64,000 bases of DNA from Candidatus Limnocylindrus sp. GTDB taxonomy: Bacteria > Chloroflexota > Limnocylindria > Limnocylindrales > Limnocylindraceae. The stretch spans positions 57,976 to 121,975 of the forward strand of contig JBBAWM010000001.1 of the NCBI GenBank assembly GCA_040397175.1. The letters are read 5' to 3'. Each line of letters begins with the position of its first letter. Within the stretch, counting starts at the first letter, position 1. The notes under the pieces are model-generated. The model was not told the origin of the DNA and searched no databases. It worked only from the letters and a program-made list of their open reading frames with translations. Of the stretch, positions 19,445 through 27,830 are shown one piece after another. A program made the position numbers and the translations under genes.

Positions 19445-20289
19445 GCCCTATTCGACGGGTGGCCATTTGCTCGCTGGTGCTGATCGCTGTCATGTGGGTC
19501 GTTGGCGTGCGGTTGCTTGTCGTGACGGGCAACTCTATGGCTCCGAGCATTCGCGATGGAGACCTGGTAATGACAACAAGATTCGGGGGTGACAGTGGCG
19601 TTGGAACTATCGTATTAGTACAGCGACCGAGCGACGGCCAGTTGCTCCTGCATCGAGTCGTCGAACGCGGAACGGGGTGGTGGCGCACACAGGGTGACGC
19701 CAGCCTGAGCCCAGACGCAGAGCGAATCCCCGACACTGCGGTGCTCGGCACCCTTGTTGCGGTCATCCCGACGGGACTACTTCCGGGCTTGCGGCTTGAT
19801 GCCGCAGCTGCACAGTTCAGCTCCAATAGGAATGTCGGACTCAGCGTCACCTCGGCGTCAGGGGCGCGGGTGGTGCTGAGTGGCCCCGTTCTAGTCGGCG
19901 CAGACGCACTCGGGCGTCTTCTTCCGGGGGGACGTGCAACCTGGACGCTAACGCTGACGCCATGCCCAGTTGGGCTTAGCGGCGAATGCACGGGCGCCAC
20001 AAATACGCTGCGATTGGATCCAGATCGCTTTGCCTCTCTCGTGACGGGTGGCCTAGCGCGCTCGATACGGCTCACCACAACCTGCCGACCGGTTGGGACC
20101 ACGACCTGGACCGACTCCGCCGACCTCTTCACTGCCGCGTGGAGCTCGACCAACCTCGCGACGGGCCGCCTTGCGACGCTTTCTACTGGGGCGGGAGCGA
20201 GTGAGTGCCAGCTGCAGGTCGCCCTCCTCGGAAGCATCACGGCGGCGAATAGTGCCCTGACGCTGCCGCTCCGGTGGGGACCAGAGTGA
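19441..20289 (+). CDS. sipW: SipW-type (S26B) signal peptidase fused to a C-terminal beta-rich TasA-like domain
   Basis: TM, then VTGNSMAPSIRDGD, LLHRVV, RTQGDA..PD (Ser/His type). From about residue 121: AAAAQFS, LLPGGRATWTLTL, 4 Cys. Confidence 0.75.
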   Translation: MSPIRRVAICSLVLIAVMWVVGVRLLVVTGNSMAPSIRDGDLVMTTRFGGDSGVGTIVLVQRPSDGQLLLHRVVERGTGWWRTQGDASLSPDAERIPDTAVLGTLVAVIPTGLLPGLRLDAAAAQFSSNRNVGLSVTSASGARVVLSGPVLVGADALGRLLPGGRATWTLTLTPCPVGLSGECTGATNTLRLDPDRFASLVTGGLARSIRLTTTCRPVGTTTWTDSADLFTAAWSSTNLATGRLATLSTGAGASECQLQVALLGSITAANSALTLPLRWGPE

Positions 20290-21053
20290 GCGTGACCTAT
20301 TGGTGGGTTCGCCTTGCGCTGCCACTCGCGCTGATCGCCATTGCCACCGCAGGGGCCGCATGGTCGCCGCGTCTCGATCTTCCGCTCACCACGGGTGCCT
20401 GGAGCGCGCCAGGAGGCATCAGTAGTGGGCTGCTGCTCTGGTACGACACAGCAGAGACTGGAACGATGTCACTCGCGCCAAAGCTGCGCTACTGGTTTGA
20501 TAAGTCGGGCGAGGCACAACACGCACAGGTCAGCACGGGGCAATTTCAGCCATATCCAACACTTGCCTCGGGAATCGCTGGCCTGCAATTCAGCGGTGCC
20601 GCTGTGCAGTTACCAACTAGCATCCCACTTGAACCGATGACACTGATCTTGGTCTTTCGGCAATCGAACGATGGGCTAAGTCAGCCGCTCGTTGGAAGCA
20701 GCACGCGCTTCTCGGGAATTTCAATGGAGTTCGGTCGCTTACGCGTGTATAGCAACGGGCAATCGACGGGCGCTTCGACCGCTCGCACCGCAACCGGTCT
20801 GACTATCACCACTGTGCGCACCGCAGCGGGTGCCGCGGACGGATTTCAGTACAACGGCGGCGCCGAAACAGCCTTTAGCCTCACCACCTCAGAGAGCATG
20901 AACTGGATCGGTGGGATGTTTGTTGCTGGTACCCCGAAGTACTTCGTTGGCACGATCATGGAGGTGCTGATCTGGGGGCGATCACTCTCATCAAGCGAGC
21001 TGCAGGCGGCGCACCGCGCCCTCGGCGCAAAGTGGGGGATCAGCGTCCCGTGA
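20286..21053 (+). CDS. Secreted LamG/concanavalin-A-like domain protein (putative adhesin)
   Basis: Signal ending IATAGA|AWS; LLLWYD...YWFDKSG..HAQ..QP; FVGTIMEVLIWGRSLSSSEL...LGAKWGI; GTGA overlap with sipW stop. Confidence 0.65.
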   Translation: MSVTYWWVRLALPLALIAIATAGAAWSPRLDLPLTTGAWSAPGGISSGLLLWYDTAETGTMSLAPKLRYWFDKSGEAQHAQVSTGQFQPYPTLASGIAGLQFSGAAVQLPTSIPLEPMTLILVFRQSNDGLSQPLVGSSTRFSGISMEFGRLRVYSNGQSTGASTARTATGLTITTVRTAAGAADGFQYNGGAETAFSLTTSESMNWIGGMFVAGTPKYFVGTIMEVLIWGRSLSSSELQAAHRALGAKWGISVP

Positions 21054-21067
21054 GGATTCGCCGAAGT

Positions 21068-21838
21068 TTACGAGGGCAGCTTTGCAGCCGCGGCGATGTC
21101 GAGGAGCCATGTTGCGGTTCGAATCAGCGCCGCCTTCGCGGGTGCGTCGGCCACCGCTGTTGAGCTGGTAAAGATTCGTGCGAGCGCTTCGGCCTTGCCA
21201 GCACCAGGGGCAATGGCGAGCACCTCACGGGCGCTCGTGAGCACGCCGAGCGAGAAGGAGAGGCGCGGCACATGTGGCTCAATGTGGGTCGGGGCCGGAA
21301 CTCCTGCAGCCACCGGTGCCCCGTCGAGGGCGAGCGGCGAGCCTGGGAATACGCTCAGGCAGTGGCCGTCGCCGCCAATGCCGATGAGCAGAAGGTCGAA
21401 GATCGGAAAACCTGCAGACGTGTGTGGCACCCCAGCGCCACGCAGCTCCGCGAGATAGGCGCGAACGGCCGATGGTGCATCTGCAGCGGCCGTTGGCCAC
21501 GGGTGGACGGCACTTGGCGAGAGCGGCGAGTTGGCACCCGCAGCGTCTGTGTTGAGCAGTTCAGTGTCGAGCGGATAGACGTTGGAGAGCGGGTTGACCC
21601 GCGGCACGACCCGGTCGTCGCCGAACCAGATCTGCGTTGCCCCCCACGGCATGCGGGCGGCTCGTGATGGCTCGCGGAGTGCGCGATACAACGCAGCAGG
21701 AGTTGAGCCGCCAGTGCTACAGAGATGAAAGACGCCGCGTGCGGCAACGGCGGCGATCGCCGCGTCAACGATGCGATCCGCCGCCGCCTCGGCAACGCCC
21801 GTGGCACTGCCCAAGATGCGAACCGCGGGGCTCATCAT
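21068..21838 (-). CDS. pgl: 6-phosphogluconolactonase
   Basis: TGGSTP, WFGDDRVVP...SN, FDLLLIGIGGDGHCLSVFPG, PRLSFS. Confidence 0.92.
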   Translation of the reverse strand: MMSPAVRILGSATGVAEAAADRIVDAAIAAVAARGVFHLCSTGGSTPAALYRALREPSRAARMPWGATQIWFGDDRVVPRVNPLSNVYPLDTELLNTDAAGANSPLSPSAVHPWPTAAADAPSAVRAYLAELRGAGVPHTSAGFPIFDLLLIGIGGDGHCLSVFPGSPLALDGAPVAAGVPAPTHIEPHVPRLSFSLGVLTSAREVLAIAPGAGKAEALARIFTSSTAVADAPAKAALIRTATWLLDIAAAAKLPS

Positions 21839-23016
21839 CCGATCAGCGCACTCATGGTGCGGAGGATGGCCGGTGAGAGCGGGTCAACTTCGCCAAATTC
21901 CAGGGACTCGCTCAAGAGGCTTGCCTCCGTCCACCGTGGCGCCTGGAATGTGCGCTCATGCACAAGGGCACCGTTGATCTTGGCGACGGCTCGGGTCGAG
22001 GTGGAATCAGCGCGAACCTCGAGCTCGAAATGGTCTCCACGGCGATCTGCAGCGATGCGCACGGCGATCGTCGTTCCCGCTCCAAGAACGGAGGCGACAG
22101 GGGTGAGCTCAACCGCAATTGGATGACGGAGTTGATCGTAGAGTTCGGCGCGCCACCCGTCGCGACCGACCAGGTGCAGTGGCTTACTAATTGACGCATT
22201 GAGGCGCGATGCAAGCCATGCCACGTGATAGGCGGGGCGCACGACGTTGATTGAGGCGTTCGAGCCCCTCCCTTCCGAGTAGTCGACCGAGATCGCATTG
22301 ATGGCGTTCAGGAATGGTGCCGCTGCATCTTCGTCAAACATCGTCGCGATGGAGTCACGCCACCGACCCTGGCGCAAGAGTGCGAAGTCTGTCAGTGCGG
22401 CACCGGCGCTCTCGGCAGCGGCGGAGAGGGTACGAAGCGTCGACAACCCGTCGCCGGGCTGCGTTGCGCCATCGATGATGACGCGGTCAACGCCGCGAAG
22501 GAGTTGGCGCACATCACTCTCTCCAGCGTTTACTGGCGCATCCCACCAGAGCAGCGTTGGCAAGTCATGGAGCGAGAGCGGCGGCACGATGCTGGCAAGG
22601 TGATGCGCGGCTGGGCCACCAACATCGATCCAGAGCAGCTCAGTACAAGCCGATGTGCCATCACCACGTGGCGTTACCGCGCAGAAGACCTCGAGACGAG
22701 CGGCGAAGGTAGCTGGGCCCTCTGGATCGCGTGGCACGATGAAGAGCGTGCGCGACGGGTTACGTGGCAGGGTTGCCAGGATTGACGCCGCATGCGTCGC
22801 GCGTTCCGCGCCGCTTGCCACGACGGCAAGGTTCATGACACCAGTGCGTACCGCAATCGGTTCGCTGGTGGTCGAACTAGTCGACACGTGTGAAACCAGG
22901 AGGCGACGCGCCTCGCTACTCGCCCAGAGTTTGGCGAGGAGTGCGTCTGCCTCAGCAACCGTTGTGGCGCTTGTGCTCCAACGCAGTGCTGAGGTACGGA
23001 TGGAGTTGAGGCTCAT
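21835..23016 (-). CDS. opcA: Glucose-6-phosphate dehydrogenase assembly protein OpcA
   Basis: VMNLAV, NPSRTL, SIVPPL.LHDLPTLLWW, DRVIID, WLASRL; directly downstream of zwf. Confidence 0.85.
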   Translation of the reverse strand: MSLNSIRTSALRWSTSATTVAEADALLAKLWASSEARRLLVSHVSTSSTTSEPIAVRTGVMNLAVVASGAERATHAASILATLPRNPSRTLFIVPRDPEGPATFAARLEVFCAVTPRGDGTSACTELLWIDVGGPAAHHLASIVPPLSLHDLPTLLWWDAPVNAGESDVRQLLRGVDRVIIDGATQPGDGLSTLRTLSAAAESAGAALTDFALLRQGRWRDSIATMFDEDAAAPFLNAINAISVDYSEGRGSNASINVVRPAYHVAWLASRLNASISKPLHLVGRDGWRAELYDQLRHPIAVELTPVASVLGAGTTIAVRIAADRRGDHFELEVRADSTSTRAVAKINGALVHERTFQAPRWTEASLLSESLEFGEVDPLSPAILRTMSALIG

Positions 23017-23037
23017 CAGTGGCGTGCCCCAGCCAGG

Positions 23038-24654
23038 TTAGAGACGGCGCCAGCGGCGCCCCTCTCGGGTGAGGAGCTCGTCTGCTGCCTCGGGGCCCCA
23101 CGTCCCTGACGTGTAATTCGGCATCTGCGGCTCCGCGCCAGCTACCCAGGCATCGATGATCGGGTCGACGATGCGCCAGGCCGCCTCGACCTCGTCAGCG
23201 CGCGTGAAGAGCGAGGCGTCGCCAAGGAGTGCGTCCAGGATGAGTGTCTCGTAGGCGTCGGGGCTCTCCACGGTGAAGGCGGAGCCGTAGGCGAAGTCCA
23301 TGTTCACGGGGCGAACGTCGACGCCGAGGCCAGGAACCTTCGCTGCGAAGCGCATCAGGATTCCCTCATCGGGCTGGATGCGAATGACGAGGAGGTTCGG
23401 CTCAGGCTCCTCGCCCACGGTCGGGAAGAGGTGCTGTGGAACATCCTTGAACTGGATCGCGATCTCGGTGGCGCGCTTTGGTAGCCGCTTTCCAGCGCGC
23501 AGGTAGAAGGGAACTCCAGCCCAACGCCAGTCGTCAATCTCGAGGCGGGCCGCAACGAACGTTTCCGTTTCGCTTGACGGGTCGACCGCCGGCTCACTGC
23601 GGTAGCCCGGGGCCTCTGTTGCGCCCACCCAGCCTGGACCGTACTGCCCACGAACCACCGACTGTTCAACCTTCTCAACGGGGATCGGTCGAATGGCGCG
23701 GAGCACCTTCACCTTCTCGTCGCGGAGCGCCTCGGCCTCAAGGTTTGCCGGTGGCTCCATCGCCACTAACGTGAGCAGCTGCAACAGGTGGTTCTGCAAG
23801 ATGTCGCGCAGGGCGCCGGTCTCTTCGTAGAAGGCGCCGCGGCCCTCAACACCGATTGATTCCGCCACCGTGATCTGCACGTGGTCGATGTAGCGGCGGT
23901 GCCAGATCGGCTCAAAGATCAGGTTGCCGAAACGGAAGATCAAGATGTTCCGCACCGTCTCCTTGCCCAGGTAATGGTCAATGCGATAGACCTGCGACTC
24001 GCGGAAGACCTTCCCAACCTCGCGGTTGAGCTTGACCGCGGTCTCTAGGTCGCGGCCGAAGGGCTTCTCGATGACGACGCGGCGCCAACCGCTATCGGCT
24101 GTCTCATGGTCGAGACCCGCCGCGCCGAGGCTGCGAACGATCTCGGGGAATGATGAGGCAGGAGTCGCGAGGTAGTAGAGGCGATTCCCGTCGGTACCGG
24201 ATTCTGTATCAATGGCGTTGAGCTTCTTCGCCAGTGCCGTATACGCCTCTGACTCATCGAAGCCGCCCTGGTGGTAGGTGATGCGCGACGCAAATGAAGC
24301 CCATCGCTCCTCGTCTACCGGGGTGATACGCGCGTGCTTGTCGAGCGAGGTGCGCAACGCGGCACGAATCTCTTGGTCGCTAAAAGCGCGCCGGCCAAAG
24401 CAGACGAGGGCAAATCGTTCTGGGAGGAGGTTGCCCACCCACAGGTGGAAGAGAGCCGGTACCACCTTGCGGTGGGCGAGGTCACCCGTTGCGCCGAAGA
24501 GGACCACCACATGGGGATCAGGAACGCGCTCAATGCGCAGTCCGGCGCGAAGTGGATTCTTCGCCCCCTTCTTTGTTGCAGGCTTTCGAGTCTTGCGGCC
24601 AAGCCGCAGATCACGAATCGTTGCGTGTCCCTCAGCGGGTGATTGCGGGCTCAC
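23038..24654 (-). CDS. zwf: Glucose-6-phosphate 1-dehydrogenase
   Basis: FGATGDLA, IEKPFGRDL, YRIDHYLGKE, RWAGVPFYLRAGKRL. Confidence 0.97.
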   Translation of the reverse strand: MSPQSPAEGHATIRDLRLGRKTRKPATKKGAKNPLRAGLRIERVPDPHVVVLFGATGDLAHRKVVPALFHLWVGNLLPERFALVCFGRRAFSDQEIRAALRTSLDKHARITPVDEERWASFASRITYHQGGFDESEAYTALAKKLNAIDTESGTDGNRLYYLATPASSFPEIVRSLGAAGLDHETADSGWRRVVIEKPFGRDLETAVKLNREVGKVFRESQVYRIDHYLGKETVRNILIFRFGNLIFEPIWHRRYIDHVQITVAESIGVEGRGAFYEETGALRDILQNHLLQLLTLVAMEPPANLEAEALRDEKVKVLRAIRPIPVEKVEQSVVRGQYGPGWVGATEAPGYRSEPAVDPSSETETFVAARLEIDDWRWAGVPFYLRAGKRLPKRATEIAIQFKDVPQHLFPTVGEEPEPNLLVIRIQPDEGILMRFAAKVPGLGVDVRPVNMDFAYGSAFTVESPDAYETLILDALLGDASLFTRADEVEAAWRIVDPIIDAWVAGAEPQMPNYTSGTWGPEAADELLTREGRRWRRL

Positions 24655-25550
24655 TCCGACTTTACCGAGTGACCACCGAACTGATTGCGCAGCGCGGCAA
24701 GCACCTTTGCAGAATATGAGTCGTCCTGTCGTGAACGGAATCGCGTCAGGAGCGAGAGGGTGATGAGCGGCGCTGGCACGTCGAGGTCGATCGCCTCCTG
24801 TACCGTCCAGCGGCCCTCGCCGGAATCAGCGACCCAGCCCTTGATCCCCTTCAGATCGCTCCCCTCAGCACGGAAGGCGCGCGCGGCAAGCTCTAGGAGC
24901 CAACTGCGCACGACCGAACCCTGCATCCAGAGATCGCTCACCTTGGCCAGGTCAAGCTCATATCGTGACTTCGCCAGGATCTCGAACCCTTCGGCGTACG
25001 ACTGCATCATTCCGTACTCAATGCCGTTGTGCACCATCTTTACGTAGTGGCCGGCGCCAGAGCCGCCGCAGTGCATGTAGCCATCCTTTGGCGCGAGGGT
25101 GGTGAAGATCGGCTCAAGCGCCTTCACCGGGGCAGCGTCGCCGCCGACCATCATGCAGTAGCCGTTCTCGAGGCCCCAGACGCCGCCAGAGGTGCCGGCG
25201 TCAATGAAGTGAATGCCGTGACCGGCGAGCTTCTCGTGTCGGCGGATGGTGTCGTGGAAGTTGGAGTTACCGCCATCGATGATCGTGTCGCCTTTGGTAA
25301 GGAGCGGAATAAGCTCGTCGATCATTGCCTCGGTGGCATCACCGCTCGGCACCATCACCCAGACGCGCTTTGGGGAGGTCAGGCTGTCGACCAGCTCCTT
25401 CACGGTGTAGGTGGCCTTGGCGCCCTCCTTGGCGACCTCATCGGTCTTCTCGCGGGAGCGGTTCCAGATCGTAACATCGTGACCGTTTCGGACCAGTCGC
25501 TTGACCATATTGGCGCCCATCTTGCCGAGGCCGATAAATCCGATCTGCAT
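24651..25550 (-). CDS. gnd: 6-phosphogluconate dehydrogenase (short decarboxylating type)
   Basis: IGLGKMG, IDGGNS, DAGTSGG, GHYVKMVHNGIEYG, DSGEGRWT, LRNQFGGH. Confidence 0.95.
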   Translation of the reverse strand: MQIGFIGLGKMGANMVKRLVRNGHDVTIWNRSREKTDEVAKEGAKATYTVKELVDSLTSPKRVWVMVPSGDATEAMIDELIPLLTKGDTIIDGGNSNFHDTIRRHEKLAGHGIHFIDAGTSGGVWGLENGYCMMVGGDAAPVKALEPIFTTLAPKDGYMHCGGSGAGHYVKMVHNGIEYGMMQSYAEGFEILAKSRYELDLAKVSDLWMQGSVVRSWLLELAARAFRAEGSDLKGIKGWVADSGEGRWTVQEAIDLDVPAPLITLSLLTRFRSRQDDSYSAKVLAALRNQFGGHSVKSE

Positions 25551-25589
25551 GATCTCCCCCTTCACTATTGGTGGTTGTACTCCCCGATG

Positions 25590-27368
25590 CTAGCGAACCG
25601 CGAGCACCCGTTCGATGAGCGCCGTGAGGCGCATGAGCCCAGCGTCTGGATCGTCGCCCAGGTGCACCCGCAGCACGGGGAGCCCGTGGTCTGCCAGTGA
25701 GCGCACATCCCCGAGCGCCTGGGCGTCGATGAGTTGGCCAAAGCTGTACGGCCGACCCGGAATCGCGAGATCTCGTGGGTGGCCCGCCACGATCTGCAGG
25801 AACCAGCCGATCGGCGCGCCACCCTTATGGAGCTGCCCGGTGGAGTGCAGGAAGCGCGGCCCAATGCCGACGGTGGTAGCGCGCCCGGTTGCGTCGCGCA
25901 GGGCGAGGCGCAGCTTCGTCAGCGCTGCGGTGCGCTCTGGCGTGCTGGCGATGTAGGCCTGGATGCCGATGTAGCCGCGTGCGCCAAGTCGATCGAGCTG
26001 ACCAGCAATGAGCCGCTCCGCATCGTCGGCAAACGCTGCAGGCAGCGTGTCATCGGCCCAGATCTGCAGGCCATCGACGGTGCACTTAGCTGGCAACTCT
26101 GGGAGCGCACCCTTCGCCGCAAGTTCAGCGAGAACGTTGGCGGTGTTGGTCTTTGATTCGGTGACGTTCGGCTCATCGAATGGATTGATATTCAGGACGG
26201 CGCCAGCGAATGCGGTCGCGGCCTCCCAGCGCACGAACTCACCACCAAGGTCGATACGATCGTTGAGCGTCCACTCCAGCACCGGATGTCCGGTGACAGC
26301 GAGGGCATCAAGGCGTGCGTCAACTGCGGAGCCATCGGCGCAACGCGGCGCGACGCCACCATCAAGCTTGATGCGCACAAAGAGCCGGTCGTCGCCGTAG
26401 GCGGTGACGGCACCGAGTGGCTCGCCGTCGACGGGCACGACACCCACGCCGTGCTTGCCGGTGCTCTCCGCAACGAGCTGCTCCGCCCATGCGCCAAAGC
26501 CATCGATCGGTTCGTCAACGATGAGCGTCATCTTGTCGCGACCCTCGCGGGCGAGTGCACCCATGATGCAGCCGAGTGCAAGGGCGTGATTCCCGGCTGG
26601 CTCTGGATCACGGCTTTGCGCAATCGCAGCGCTTCCCGACGCAAGGAGAGGATCGAGATCGATGCCGAGGAGTGCCGCTGGCACAAGCCCAACGAAGCTC
26701 AGTGCAGAGTATCGACCACCAATGTCGGCGGGATTCAAGAAGAGGCGACTCGTGTCGACCACCTTCGTGACGCCGTCAACGCACGGCGATGGATCACTGA
26801 TCGCAGCGAAGTTTGCGGTTGGCTCCTGCGTGGAGCCGGTTGCAGCGAGCTGCTGCTTGTTGAGCTCATACGCATACGCTGCAAACGAGAGCGTCTCGGT
26901 CGTGGTGCCTGACTTGCTTGCCAGCAGGTAGTAGCTGCTCTCAGGCTTCAGACCGGCAACGGCAGTGTGGACCGCCTCTGGGTCGGTCGAGTCGCAGATG
27001 CGCGCCTTCCCCCAATCGCTGATGTCAGAGAATGCGCGCGCGAGCACCTCGGGGGCGAGTGATGAGCCGCCCATACCTGCAACGACAAAGTCGGTAACGC
27101 GTGACGATGCGCCAGTGACCGGTGCATCACCGAATGCTTCCAGCGATGGAATCTCGGTGGTGAAGAATTCTGGCGCATCGAGCCAGCCGAGACGGTTGGC
27201 GATCTTCTCCTGCACCTCGGCATCGCTGCTCCAGAGCGTTGCATCACGGGCCGCAAGTCGTACCGCCCACTCGCCCGTGCGAGCGCGATCAAACGTGCTC
27301 TCAATGGCTGCAAGATCAGAGGGGCGGCCGATGCGTGCGCGGAATGGGAGTCGCGGTTCGCTGCTCAT
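25590..27368 (-). CDS. pgi: Glucose-6-phosphate isomerase (type found as the C-terminal half of Tal-Pgi fusions)
   Basis: RLGWL, GMGGSSLAPEV, SKSGTTTET, IGGRYSALS, WAEQLVAESTGK, NPFDEPNV, GPRFLHSTGQLHKGG. Confidence 0.9.
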   Translation of the reverse strand: MSSEPRLPFRARIGRPSDLAAIESTFDRARTGEWAVRLAARDATLWSSDAEVQEKIANRLGWLDAPEFFTTEIPSLEAFGDAPVTGASSRVTDFVVAGMGGSSLAPEVLARAFSDISDWGKARICDSTDPEAVHTAVAGLKPESSYYLLASKSGTTTETLSFAAYAYELNKQQLAATGSTQEPTANFAAISDPSPCVDGVTKVVDTSRLFLNPADIGGRYSALSFVGLVPAALLGIDLDPLLASGSAAIAQSRDPEPAGNHALALGCIMGALAREGRDKMTLIVDEPIDGFGAWAEQLVAESTGKHGVGVVPVDGEPLGAVTAYGDDRLFVRIKLDGGVAPRCADGSAVDARLDALAVTGHPVLEWTLNDRIDLGGEFVRWEAATAFAGAVLNINPFDEPNVTESKTNTANVLAELAAKGALPELPAKCTVDGLQIWADDTLPAAFADDAERLIAGQLDRLGARGYIGIQAYIASTPERTAALTKLRLALRDATGRATTVGIGPRFLHSTGQLHKGGAPIGWFLQIVAGHPRDLAIPGRPYSFGQLIDAQALGDVRSLADHGLPVLRVHLGDDPDAGLMRLTALIERVLAVR

Positions 27369-27829
27369 GACTGCTCCTCTTCAATGTCTGCGACCTTGGC
27401 CGTGCGGCGGAGGTATCGCTCTTCGGTGCTCGGTTCAGCGTTGAGGAAGGCGGCGAGCGTTTCGAGCGCCGCCTCAATGGAGACGATGTTGGCGCCAAAG
27501 GCGAGCACATTCATGTCGTCGTGCACCACACCTTGGCGGGCAGATGCGGGATCGTGCGCGATCGAGGCGCGAATGCCGTGGAACTTGTTTGCGGCGATCG
27601 TCACGCCGATCCCCGAGCCACAGATCAGCAGGCCTCGATCGGCCTGCCCAGCGATCATGCGCTCCGCAACGGCACGCGACGAGTCGGGGTAATCGTCGGT
27701 CGGGTCGCTTCCATCGCCACCAAGGTCGGCGACGCTCCAATCAGGGGCGATCTCAGCAATCCGCGCAATGATCGCTGTCTTAAGTACGGCTCCAGCGTGG
27801 TCAGCGGCGATAGCAAGGCGGCGAGCCAC
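27365..27829 (-). CDS. rpiB: Ribose-5-phosphate isomerase B
   Basis: AIAADHAG, DDYPD, ICGSGIGVTIAANKFHGIRA, HDDMNVL; GTG start 1 nt after the tkt stop. Confidence 0.93.
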   Translation of the reverse strand: MARRLAIAADHAGAVLKTAIIARIAEIAPDWSVADLGGDGSDPTDDYPDSSRAVAERMIAGQADRGLLICGSGIGVTIAANKFHGIRASIAHDPASARQGVVHDDMNVLAFGANIVSIEAALETLAAFLNAEPSTEERYLRRTAKVADIEEEQS

Positions 27830-27830
27830 C

